NCBI GenBank assembly: GCA_947632045.1
Contig: CANRNQ010000005.1
Location: 27,484-91,483 of the forward strand
Origin: an uncultured Clostridia bacterium
GTDB lineage: Bacteria > Bacillota > Clostridia > Oscillospirales > Acutalibacteraceae
Length of the DNA: 64,000 bases
Direction of reading: 5' to 3'
Below, one piece after another: positions 20,166 through 29,831 of this stretch. The notes below the pieces were generated by a model. That model was not told the DNA's origin. It did no database searches and saw only the letters and a list, made by a program, of their open reading frames with translations. The position numbers and the translations under genes were made by a program. Position 1 is the first letter of the stretch. Every line of letters starts with the position of its first letter.

Positions 20166-20342
20166 TCACTTTTTGTTCTCGATGCTCCAATCCCGCATTT
20201 CGTCCACTGCATCGTCCGACGGATGGGCTATTCTCGTATTTATATCCATAAAATAATGCTCAGCGCCGGACATCGTTTCCGTAAGCGGCGGCGTCTCGAA
20301 CCTCATTTTTTCAAGCTCCCAATCCTTTGGCTTTTTCTCCAT
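20166..20342 (-). CDS. Small DUF3787-like (spore-associated) protein, 58 aa
   Basis: Not in track; SD GAGGTG; MEKKPKDWELEK...TRIAHPSDDAVDEMRDWSIENKK* matches the PS.EAV.EA..W...N.K C-terminal pattern. Confidence 0.65.
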   Translation of the reverse strand: MEKKPKDWELEKMRFETPPLTETMSGAEHYFMDINTRIAHPSDDAVDEMRDWSIENKK

Positions 20343-20563
20343 ACTTTCACCACCTCGAAGGGCGGCGGCGGTTATTTTTGATATTTAACTGCGTCCGCCC
20401 TGTTAATAGCCTTGCCCCTGCCGCAGCTTTAAACCGAGGAAAATAATGATATTCGCCTCGCCCAAAATTTGTTTAAATCTTAACGCCGCAAAACAATCGC
20501 CGTATATTCGCTATTTACATTTTTGCTCCGATAATCTATAATAATGGGAGTGAATAGTAAAGG

Positions 20564-21694
20564 ATGATATTTTTGGTACAATTTGAAGAACTGCGCCTTG
20601 AGCTTGAAAGACTCAGACCGGATATAGACGACCTTGCCGACGCGCTCGGACTTAAAGCAATGGAATCGGAAATTCAGCAGCTTGAGCACAGAGCCGCCGA
20701 GCCGGGGTTTTGGGATAATATGGAAAGCTCGCAGAAGATACTCCAGCGCACGAGCGCTCTCAAGGGAAAGGTCGAGGCCTACAACGCGCTCGACTCGGCT
20801 TACGAGGACACTCTCGCGCTGATAGAGCTTGCCAACGAGGAGGAGGATCTGTCGCTGCTCGAGGAAGCTCGGCAGGAGGTTGATCGGGTTCGCGAAAGCC
20901 TTGAAGCGCAGCGGCTCTCGACCTTGCTCACGGGCGAATACGACGGAAAGAACGCAATACTCACCTTTCACGCAGGCTCCGGCGGAACCGAGGCTCAGGA
21001 CTGGGCCGAGATGCTTTACCGTATGTATAACCGCTGGGCGGAGCGCCATAATTTCAAGGTAAAGACGCTCGACTACCTCGACGGCGAGGAGGCAGGCTTA
21101 AAGAGCGCGACCATACTTGTCGAGGGTATAAACGCCTACGGCTACCTCAAAAGCGAATCGGGAGTTCACCGCCTTGTCAGGGTATCTCCGTTTGACTCCT
21201 CCGGCAGACGTCACACCTCGTTTGCCTCGCTCGAGGTCATGCCCGAAATAGACGATAATATAGAGATAGACATCAATCCCGAGGACATAAAAATGGACGT
21301 TTACCGCGCGAGCGGCGCAGGCGGCCAGAAGGTAAACAAGACCTCGTCGGCGGTGCGCCTCACCCACATACCCACCGGCATAGTTGTAGCCTGTCAGGTT
21401 GAGCGGAGCCAGCACCAGAACCGCGAGGTGGCCATGAAGATGCTCGCCTCGAAGCTCATGGAGATAAAGGAGAGGGAGCACCTCGACAAGATAGAGGACA
21501 TCAAGGGCGTTCAGAAGGAGATAACATGGGGCTCGCAGATACGCTCTTATGTATTTATGCCCTACACCCTCGTCAAGGACAACCGCACCTCGTTCGAGTC
21601 GAGCAATATAAACGCCGTTATGGACGGCGATATAGACGGCTTTATCAACGCCTACTTAAAGGCTCAGAGTCAGGGCGCTTTAAACGAGGGCTAA
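20564..21694 (+). CDS. prfB: Peptide chain release factor 2 (single frame; true start may be TTG 20573)
   Basis: SPF anticodon-mimic motif, GAGGQ, WGSQIRSYV. Confidence 0.97.
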   Translation: MIFLVQFEELRLELERLRPDIDDLADALGLKAMESEIQQLEHRAAEPGFWDNMESSQKILQRTSALKGKVEAYNALDSAYEDTLALIELANEEEDLSLLEEARQEVDRVRESLEAQRLSTLLTGEYDGKNAILTFHAGSGGTEAQDWAEMLYRMYNRWAERHNFKVKTLDYLDGEEAGLKSATILVEGINAYGYLKSESGVHRLVRVSPFDSSGRRHTSFASLEVMPEIDDNIEIDINPEDIKMDVYRASGAGGQKVNKTSSAVRLTHIPTGIVVACQVERSQHQNREVAMKMLASKLMEIKEREHLDKIEDIKGVQKEITWGSQIRSYVFMPYTLVKDNRTSFESSNINAVMDGDIDGFINAYLKAQSQGALNEG

Positions 21695-21911
21695 AAACAA
21701 CGCCCTGCGGAAATGCGTATGCACTGAGGAATTTCTCAGTCCGCCGACTTGTATGCTTCCGTTCATACAAAGCGCCGTTTGCGCTTTAGATCGCTTAATG
21801 CCTCCCGATGAAAGTCTATCCGCCCTTCGTTCAACCCGATATTTTTATCCTCCTCGAAATTTCCGGTGGTAATTTTAATTGATATAGTATACTATAATCT
21901 AAACATATTGC

Positions 21912-21961
21912 AAAAGCGACTGCAAGGATATCCCTTCGGATTCCCGGCAGTCGCTTTTTTT
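21912..21961 (-). terminator. ilvC terminator
   Basis: AAAAGCGACTGC...GCAGTCGCTTTT inverted repeat. Confidence 0.7.
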
Positions 21962-21993
21962 AGGCGTTTTTTACAGCCCTTTTATATTTTATA

Positions 21994-23022
<1,029 letters not shown>

Positions 23023-23154
23023 TTAAATAATATAGAATGTTATATGTGTTGCGAGGCGGAGCCTCGTAGCTTACCAACGTATGCGCGACGGCCGAACGCA
23101 CGACAAGCGTGCCTCCGCGGCGCTTTTTAACAGTCGTCTGAGAAAGCAGAGCTC

Positions 23155-23658
23155 TTATGAGCCGCTTTGCACGCTGACGCTCGAATTACCCTTTTCAATA
23201 GCAACCGTGCCGGTTCTGACTATCTCGCGAATACCGTAGGGTCTTAATAAATTCATAAGTATCTCCGTCTGCTCGGCTGTGTCGGAAAATTCGAGGGTTA
23301 TGGTTGAAACGGCTGCGTCTATGACCTTGGCGTGCATCATCTCGGCTATCTGAATAAGCTCCGGCCGCCTTGACGCGGTGCAGTTCACCTTTATCAGCGA
23401 CAACTCGCGGCTCAGATAGCTCCCGCTTTCAAAGGCCTTTACCTTGATAACGGGTATGAGCTTATTTAGCTGCTTTTCAAGCTGCTCCAAAACATAATCG
23501 TCGCCGTCGGCGACTATCGTTATCCTCGAAATATTCGGGTCTGCGGTCACTCCGACAGCCAGACTGTCGATGTTGAAGCCTCGCCTTGAGAACAGTCCGG
23601 ATATTTTACTCAAAACGCCGGCCTGATTTTCCACCAAAACCGATAATGTGTGCTTCAT
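23155..23658 (-). CDS. ilvN: Acetolactate synthase small subunit
   Basis: LSVLVEN..GVL..ISGLFSRRGFNIDSL ACT domain. Confidence 0.95.
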   Translation of the reverse strand: MKHTLSVLVENQAGVLSKISGLFSRRGFNIDSLAVGVTADPNISRITIVADGDDYVLEQLEKQLNKLIPVIKVKAFESGSYLSRELSLIKVNCTASRRPELIQIAEMMHAKVIDAAVSTITLEFSDTAEQTEILMNLLRPYGIREIVRTGTVAIEKGNSSVSVQSGS

Positions 23659-23673
23659 AATAAAATTCCTTTC

Positions 23674-25311
23674 CTAAATCGAGGGTGTGTCGGGGCTTAC
23701 GTTGCACACGAGCATAAACGAGCCGTCATGCTTTAGCATCTCGGCGGCTATTTTTTCGGCCTCTTCGTTGCTGCTCGCCATAACCGACGGAATGTGATAA
23801 GCCTGAGCTATCTTCATGAAATCGGGGGAGTTTTCGTCGAGAAAGGTCGCGCTGTATCTGCCACGATATAGATTCTTTTGCAGCTCTCTGACCATTCCGA
23901 GTCGGGTGTTGCGCATAACTATAATTTTGATGTTCAAATTATTCTGCGCTATCGTGCCAAGCTCGTTCATTCCCATCTGGAAGGAGCCGTCGCCGCAGAT
24001 AACGACGACCTCGCGCTCGGGGCGCGCAAATTTAGCGCCTATCGCTGCGGGAATGGAGTAGCCCATTGTACCCATGCCGCCGGTAGTCAGAAAGCGCCCC
24101 TCCTTTATGCGGAAGTTGTTTGCGCACCATATCTGATTTTGACCTACGTCTGCGACGAGTATCGCCTTTGACGGGAGCATATGTGAAAACTTCGCGACGA
24201 AGGACCTCGGCTCAACAAAGCCGTCGAACTCCTTCGGCAGGCGGAAAAGGTCCTTTTTCCAGCGCTCTATCGTGTCGTCCCACATCGGCGAAACGTGGTA
24301 TTCGCCGACAGCGTCGGCAAGACGTGACATTATGTCGCGCATATCGCCGACTATCGGGACGGTAGTTTTTATATTTTTGCCTATCTCGGCGGGGTCGATG
24401 TCGATGTGGATTATTTTTGATCTCTCCGATATCTGATCCGGCGCCGCGACGGCTCTGTCGCCGAGCCTTGCCCCGCACACTATTATAAGGTCGGATTCGT
24501 GTATCACCCTGTTAGCTACGCCCTTGCCGTGGCTTCCGAGCATACCGAGGTACAGCCTGTGCTCGGAGGGCATAACGCCGATTCCCATCATGGTCGACAC
24601 GACGGGTATGCCGGTGGTGACGGCGAAATCCACGAGCTTAAGCTTAACGCCCGAGGATAAAACGCCGCCGCCCGCCACAATAACGGGGCGTGAGGACGAG
24701 CGGATAAGCTCGGCCGCCTTCTTTATCTGCACCGAATGGCCCTTTATGTTGGGCTTATAGCCTATGATATTTGCCTTGCTCGGGTATTCAAAGCTCTCTA
24801 TCTCGTTTGTTTGCATATCTATCGGAATATCTATCAGCACGGGCCCCGGCCTGCCGGTCGAGGCGATATGGAACGCCTCCTTGAATATTCTCGGCAGATC
24901 CGCAGTGTTCTTGACAAGGTAGCTGTGCTTTACAAAGGGCTCGCAGGCTCCGGTTATGTCCGCCTCTTGAAAAACATCGCGCCCCAAAAGGTCGCTTCTG
25001 ACCTGTCCGGTTATCGCTATGATGGGGATAGAGTCGGTATATGCGGTGGCGATGCCGGTTATCATATTCGTAGCGCCCGGGCCGGAGGTCGCAACGCACA
25101 CCCCGGGCTTTCCACTTGAGCGGGCATAGCCGCTCGCCGCGTGGACTGCGTTTTGCTCCTGTCTGACAAGTATATGCTTTATGTCAGAGTCCAAAAGTCG
25201 GTCGTAAAACGGGCATATTGCCGCGCCCGGATAGCCGAAGATGACGGATACGCCTTCGCTTTCCAGACATTTTACCATTATTTCAGCTCCGCTTATCATT
25301 GTTTCCGTCAC
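23674..25311 (-). CDS. ilvB: Acetolactate synthase large subunit
   Basis: FGYPG, ATSGPGATN, DVGQNQ, GDGSFQM TPP motif. Confidence 0.95.
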   Translation of the reverse strand: MTETMISGAEIMVKCLESEGVSVIFGYPGAAICPFYDRLLDSDIKHILVRQEQNAVHAASGYARSSGKPGVCVATSGPGATNMITGIATAYTDSIPIIAITGQVRSDLLGRDVFQEADITGACEPFVKHSYLVKNTADLPRIFKEAFHIASTGRPGPVLIDIPIDMQTNEIESFEYPSKANIIGYKPNIKGHSVQIKKAAELIRSSSRPVIVAGGGVLSSGVKLKLVDFAVTTGIPVVSTMMGIGVMPSEHRLYLGMLGSHGKGVANRVIHESDLIIVCGARLGDRAVAAPDQISERSKIIHIDIDPAEIGKNIKTTVPIVGDMRDIMSRLADAVGEYHVSPMWDDTIERWKKDLFRLPKEFDGFVEPRSFVAKFSHMLPSKAILVADVGQNQIWCANNFRIKEGRFLTTGGMGTMGYSIPAAIGAKFARPEREVVVICGDGSFQMGMNELGTIAQNNLNIKIIVMRNTRLGMVRELQKNLYRGRYSATFLDENSPDFMKIAQAYHIPSVMASSNEEAEKIAAEMLKHDGSFMLVCNVSPDTPSI

Positions 25312-25540
25312 TCCGTTTCAATTCACAGACATTTAAATCCCGAGAGTCTGTCCTTAAGCCTTTTCTCGCCGAAACACTCTCAGGCTTTTAACTATCATTA
25401 TAGTATGATAGCGGCTCAAGGTCAAGTTTTTGTGAGCTTTTTCTTTATTTTGTGCCCTGTCAGCTCAGGCTGCAAGCCGCAGTTGTTTTTGTCGATATCG
25501 TAAAAGCGGTCGTTTTGCTTGATGCAAGCCAATATTAAAT

Positions 25541-25642
25541 CCGCAGCCGTGCCGCCTTGCGGCGGCGCGGCTGCGGTAGGCCGGAGCTTCGTCAAAATAT
25601 GTTTATCGACAAGCTGAGGACGCGGTCGCCGCGTCCTCAGCC
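25541..25642. repeat. REP-like GC-rich hairpins in the ilvB-secG spacer
   Basis: CCGCAGCCGTGCCGCC-TTGC-GGCGGCGCGGCTGCGG and GCTGAGGACGCGG-TCG-CCGCGTCCTCAGC. Confidence 0.65.
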
Positions 25643-25663
25643 AAAGCTCATTATTGATTTTGA

Positions 25664-25909
25664 TCAGAAAAATCTCGCTATCACATTCAGCGCAATAACA
25701 ACGAGGACAAACACAAGAGCAAAGAGCTTTGTCCAGCGCGAAAGGAACGCGTCAATAGAGCGAGCCTTGTTTTTCGAGAAGAATGTGTCGGCACCTCCGG
25801 TTACAACGCCGAGGCCCTGCTGATGGCCCTCCTGAAGAATGATAACAATGATTATCGCAACAGCAAACAGCAGAAGCACGCTGCCGAGAACATATTCCAA
25901 AACGCCCAT
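25664..25909 (-). CDS. secG: Preprotein translocase subunit SecG
   Basis: Two TM helices around LQEGHQQGLG.VTGGADTFF. Confidence 0.9.
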   Translation of the reverse strand: MGVLEYVLGSVLLLFAVAIIIVIILQEGHQQGLGVVTGGADTFFSKNKARSIDAFLSRWTKLFALVFVLVVIALNVIARFF

Positions 25910-26281
25910 AATTCTCTCCCTTTCAAAAAATGTAAAATCCTGCCGCAAAGCTGCCGACCTTAATCGAAAGCAAGTATTTTGGCGGCGGACATATCGGCAC
26001 AGAGCTTTAAGCGAGCCCGTCGAGTTCTGTCCCGATCAAAAACAGTTTTATAAATATAACTTAGTCATTTTATCATATCAAAGCACTTATTGCAAGTGAA
26101 AATTTAACTTTTTTAAATTTCTCCGACAAATTTATATACTCTGCATAATAAACCCGGGCTCAATTTGTGGCAGATTGCCGCAAATAACCTTGGGTAGAGC
26201 CAAATAAAAATTTAAAATATCCCTATATTGCCATGAAAATAAGCTTTCGCCCTTAGCGCAAATGCAAGAGCGGGGCGGTGC

Positions 26282-28021
26282 TCAGTCCTGGGTGAGCGAC
26301 GGCTTTACAAAAAGTGTTTTCTGGTTTTTGTAAATCACCATGCCGGGCTTTGCCCCCTGCGGCTTGCTGACATACTTTATAAGCGTGAAATCAACCGGCG
26401 CCTTGCCGCTCTCTCGCGCTCTGCTGTGGTATGCCGCAAGCTGAGCCGCGTACAAAATAGTCTCATCGTCCGGAGTCTCTCCGCAGGTCGATATCACCGT
26501 GTGAGCGCCGGGTATATCTTTGGCGTGAAACCACAGGTCATAATTTTTTGCCGTTTTCAGCGTAAGCCTGTCGTTTTGTATATTGTTTCTGCCGACATAT
26601 ATCTTGAGGCCGCTCTTTGACACAAATTCAAGCGGAGCAAGAGTGCCCTTAAGCTTTTGCCTCGCCCTTATTCTTTTTATATATCCTCCCTCGACCAGCT
26701 CCTGCTTTATTTCCGCGAGCTCGCGCTCGGTTTCGGCTCGCGAAAGGCTGTCAAACACCGAATCTATATATTTAAGCTCCTGCTGAGCCTTTTCTATCTC
26801 AAGCGCAAGGTATTGTCCGGCATTTTTCGCCCTGCGGTAATCCTTGTAATACTTTTGTGCGTTTTGCCCGGGCGTAAGAGCAGGATCAAGCTTTATCTTG
26901 AGCTTTGGCAGCGACTCGTCATAAAAGTTTTCAAGCACCACTTCCGTTTCGCCCTTTTTTATTCTGTAAAGATTTGCCTGTATGAGATCCCCGCTTATCC
27001 TCAGCTCTTCCCTGTCCTCGCTGTTTGCAAGCTCGATTTTTTGAGTATTTATCTTTCTTGTGAGTCTGTCTGTTATGTTGGACAGCTGCTTGAGCAAATC
27101 GTGACCCTTGACCCGCATTCGTTCGGCTTTGTCGCGCTCAAGGTAAAAGCTGTCCAAAAGCGCGCTGAAGCTGTCAAAGCGGAGCGTTTTTGCGCCGGTT
27201 CCGTATTGCAGAATATTCATAAAGGAAAAGTCGATGAGCCTTCCGTCGACGCTTTGAACCATGCACGCCGCGCCCTTGCCGTCGTTGATCTCGGCAAATG
27301 TTCTCTTCAAAAAAAACGCGAGTCTGCCGTAATGCTCATCGCTCATAGCGGCTGTATCAAGCGCTGCTCCGCGCCCTGTCAAATATTCAAGCTCACGGCA
27401 TACTATGGGCGAAAATCCCTGTACGGTCGAAAGCAGCGCTTTGTTCAAGGGGGACGCCCCCGAGGCTTTTATCCTGCTTATTATCTCCTCCGGAGTGCTC
27501 TCAAGGGGGTCGAGCTTGTTCTGCGGGGGAGGAAGCCGGTATTTCATGCCCGGCAGCACGAGTCGCTGAGACGACATTGAAATATCTACCCTTTTCAGCG
27601 CGTCTATTATATTTTCGTTTTCATCTATAAAAATCACATTGCTGTATTTGCCCATTATCTCCACTGCCAAAGACAGCTCGGCCTTGTCGCCGAGCTCGTC
27701 GACTGCGTCGAACACAAAGCGCAGCGCTCTTTCAAGCCCGTGCTGTCTTATCGCCGTCAGCCGCGCGCCCGTCAGCCGTTTTCGCAAGAGCATACACAGC
27801 ATTGGCGGCGTCTGAGGATTTTCCGGCGGATAGTCTGTTATATTGACTCTTGGCGAATTTGCCCTCGCCGACGTCAAGACCTTATACGATCCGCTCGCTC
27901 CTCTGAACGCTATCACTATTTCGTCGCGGTTTGGCTGAAAAATTTTTTCGACCCTCAGACCAACGAGCTTTTCCTCCATTTCAGCGGCCACATATTTTAA
28001 AAACGCTCCGTCAAGCGCCAT
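26282..28021 (-). CDS. rqcH: Rqc2/RqcH (FbpA, NFACT family) ribosome quality-control factor
   Basis: MALDG start, LLRKRL.GA, EIMGKYSN, VGRNN.QND, WFHAKDIPGAH. Confidence 0.9.
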   Translation of the reverse strand: MALDGAFLKYVAAEMEEKLVGLRVEKIFQPNRDEIVIAFRGASGSYKVLTSARANSPRVNITDYPPENPQTPPMLCMLLRKRLTGARLTAIRQHGLERALRFVFDAVDELGDKAELSLAVEIMGKYSNVIFIDENENIIDALKRVDISMSSQRLVLPGMKYRLPPPQNKLDPLESTPEEIISRIKASGASPLNKALLSTVQGFSPIVCRELEYLTGRGAALDTAAMSDEHYGRLAFFLKRTFAEINDGKGAACMVQSVDGRLIDFSFMNILQYGTGAKTLRFDSFSALLDSFYLERDKAERMRVKGHDLLKQLSNITDRLTRKINTQKIELANSEDREELRISGDLIQANLYRIKKGETEVVLENFYDESLPKLKIKLDPALTPGQNAQKYYKDYRRAKNAGQYLALEIEKAQQELKYIDSVFDSLSRAETERELAEIKQELVEGGYIKRIRARQKLKGTLAPLEFVSKSGLKIYVGRNNIQNDRLTLKTAKNYDLWFHAKDIPGAHTVISTCGETPDDETILYAAQLAAYHSRARESGKAPVDFTLIKYVSKPQGAKPGMVIYKNQKTLFVKPSLTQD

Positions 28022-28202
28022 CTTCCTTCCTCCCTTCGGGTGAATAATCGCTCGATTTTATTGATTTTATATTATGTTATTATATTTTTAACGCTTAGTC
28101 AAGCGAAGGCGGCTGCGGTCTTTACCGGAAAAATAAATTTTCATTCGTTTCAACACCTTGATTTTTCATTCAGCCTGTGGTAAAATAAGCTTGTTTATCC
28201 AC

Positions 28203-28290
28203 GCCGGTGTGGTGGAATAGGCAGACACAAGGGACTTAAAATCCCTCGGACGAATAATCCGTACCGGTTCAAGTCCGGTCACCGGCACCA
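28203..28290 (+). tRNA. tRNA-Leu (anticodon TAA)
   Basis: GCCGGTG acceptor stem, loop CTTAAAA, long variable arm, GGTTCAAGTCC, CCA; terminator hairpin follows. Confidence 0.95.
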
Positions 28291-28476
28291 AGGGGGCACA
28301 GAATATAATCTGTGCCTCTATTTGTTTATAAAGCTATTTTACATATATCTCGCCGAGCGCGGCCTTAACGGCTCGCGCGGCAAGCTGCCGCTTAACACAT
28401 TTTATTTGCGGAGAAAACGTCGCCGCACCGTATCAAAGCTTGTGCGAAGGGCGAAAATTTTAAAGGGGCGGGCCTA

Positions 28477-29751
28477 TTAGCCCTGCCCCTTTTGCATATT
28501 TTCCTTTGCCACCGCAAGCATAAGCTTTATTCTGTTTTCCTGATTGACCCTCGGCGCGCCGGGGTCGTAGTCTATCGCGACAATATTCGCTCTGTCGTCA
28601 ATGCTCTTTATCTTTCTTATCATGCCCTTGCCGCAAATATGATTGGGCAAGCATCCGAACGGCTGCGTGCAGACTATATTCGGGTATCCGGTTTCGGTCA
28701 GCTCGAGCATTTCCGCCGTCAAAAGCCAGCCCTCGCCCATCTTGCTGCCGTAGCCGATAACTCCCTTTACAAGGCTCTTTGTGTGACTGTATTTGCCCGG
28801 AGGGGTAAAGCCGTATTTCGCGGTGCATTTTATCATCATCGACTCCATCTTTTCAAGATAGTCGTACAATATTTTGACCACCTTGTACTTTATTCTGCTG
28901 CCGCCGTAAAGCTTTATATCCTCAAGGCGGTTATCCACCTTAAACAGGGCAAAGCCCATTATGCCGGGCACGCAGACCTCACAATCCTGCTCCGCCAAAA
29001 ACTGCTCTAAATTGTTGTTGCCAAGCGGGGCGTATTTTACATAAATTTCCCCGACGACGCCCACCTTTACCTTGGGAACGCGCTTAAGCTTTATCTCGCT
29101 GAAATCCTTAGATATTTTGTCGAGCAGAGCCTCCTGCTCCTTTGCTGCAAAGGCGCGGCCTTTTTTAAACATATCGGTAAGAGTATCGCTCCACCTTTTG
29201 ACAAGCGCCATGCTCTCGCCCTTGTTCACCTCGTACGGCTTTGTCTGATTGCTCAGGCACATCAGGGTATCGCCGTAAACAAGAGCTCCTATCAGCCTGC
29301 GTATCATTGGCAGAGTCAGGGTAAATCCGCTGTTCTTCTCAAGCCCCGAAAGGTTAAGCGAGATCACTGGCACAAACTCAAGCCCCGCCTTTACGAGAGC
29401 CTTTCTGAGCAGGTGAATATAATTTGACGCGCGGCAGCCGCCGCCGGTCTGTGTTATCATAAGCGCGGTCTTGTGCAGATCGTATTTTCCGCTTTGCAAG
29501 GCGTGTATAAACTGTCCTATAACGAGCAGCGCCGGATAGCAGGTGTCGTTATGGACATATTTCAGCCCGACCTGAGCGATCTCGGGGCCGCTCGTTTCAA
29601 GCAAAACGGTCTTATAGCCGTACATATCAAAGACGTTGCGCATAAGACGAAACTGTATCGACGCCATCATGGGAAGGAGAATGGTGTATTCGTCCTTCAT
29701 CTCCTTTGTAAAAAGGAGTCTGCCTGTTTTATCATATTCCAATTTAGCCAT
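28477..29751 (-). CDS. 2-hydroxyacyl-CoA dehydratase-like subunit
   Basis: DTCYPA, TGGGCRASNY, GEGWLL, QPFGCLPNH motifs. Confidence 0.85.
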   Translation of the reverse strand: MAKLEYDKTGRLLFTKEMKDEYTILLPMMASIQFRLMRNVFDMYGYKTVLLETSGPEIAQVGLKYVHNDTCYPALLVIGQFIHALQSGKYDLHKTALMITQTGGGCRASNYIHLLRKALVKAGLEFVPVISLNLSGLEKNSGFTLTLPMIRRLIGALVYGDTLMCLSNQTKPYEVNKGESMALVKRWSDTLTDMFKKGRAFAAKEQEALLDKISKDFSEIKLKRVPKVKVGVVGEIYVKYAPLGNNNLEQFLAEQDCEVCVPGIMGFALFKVDNRLEDIKLYGGSRIKYKVVKILYDYLEKMESMMIKCTAKYGFTPPGKYSHTKSLVKGVIGYGSKMGEGWLLTAEMLELTETGYPNIVCTQPFGCLPNHICGKGMIRKIKSIDDRANIVAIDYDPGAPRVNQENRIKLMLAVAKENMQKGQG

Positions 29752-29831
29752 ATAAACCACACCTCGAACCGCGTCAAATTCGCCGCCAAGCCGTCCGACG
29801 GCCAAAACGACTGCCTCTGAAAATATTTAAA

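Noticed and set aside
21695-21880. 6S RNA
   Set aside because: Length and TTGAAC/GGGAG words are reminiscent, but the complementary GTTCAA/CACCC partners for the 6S rod are missing; kept only as an unassigned candidate
25312-25540. T-box or attenuator upstream of ilvB
   Set aside because: No T-box consensus (GGTGGNACCGCG) and no leader terminator; a promoter-like sequence lies close to the gene
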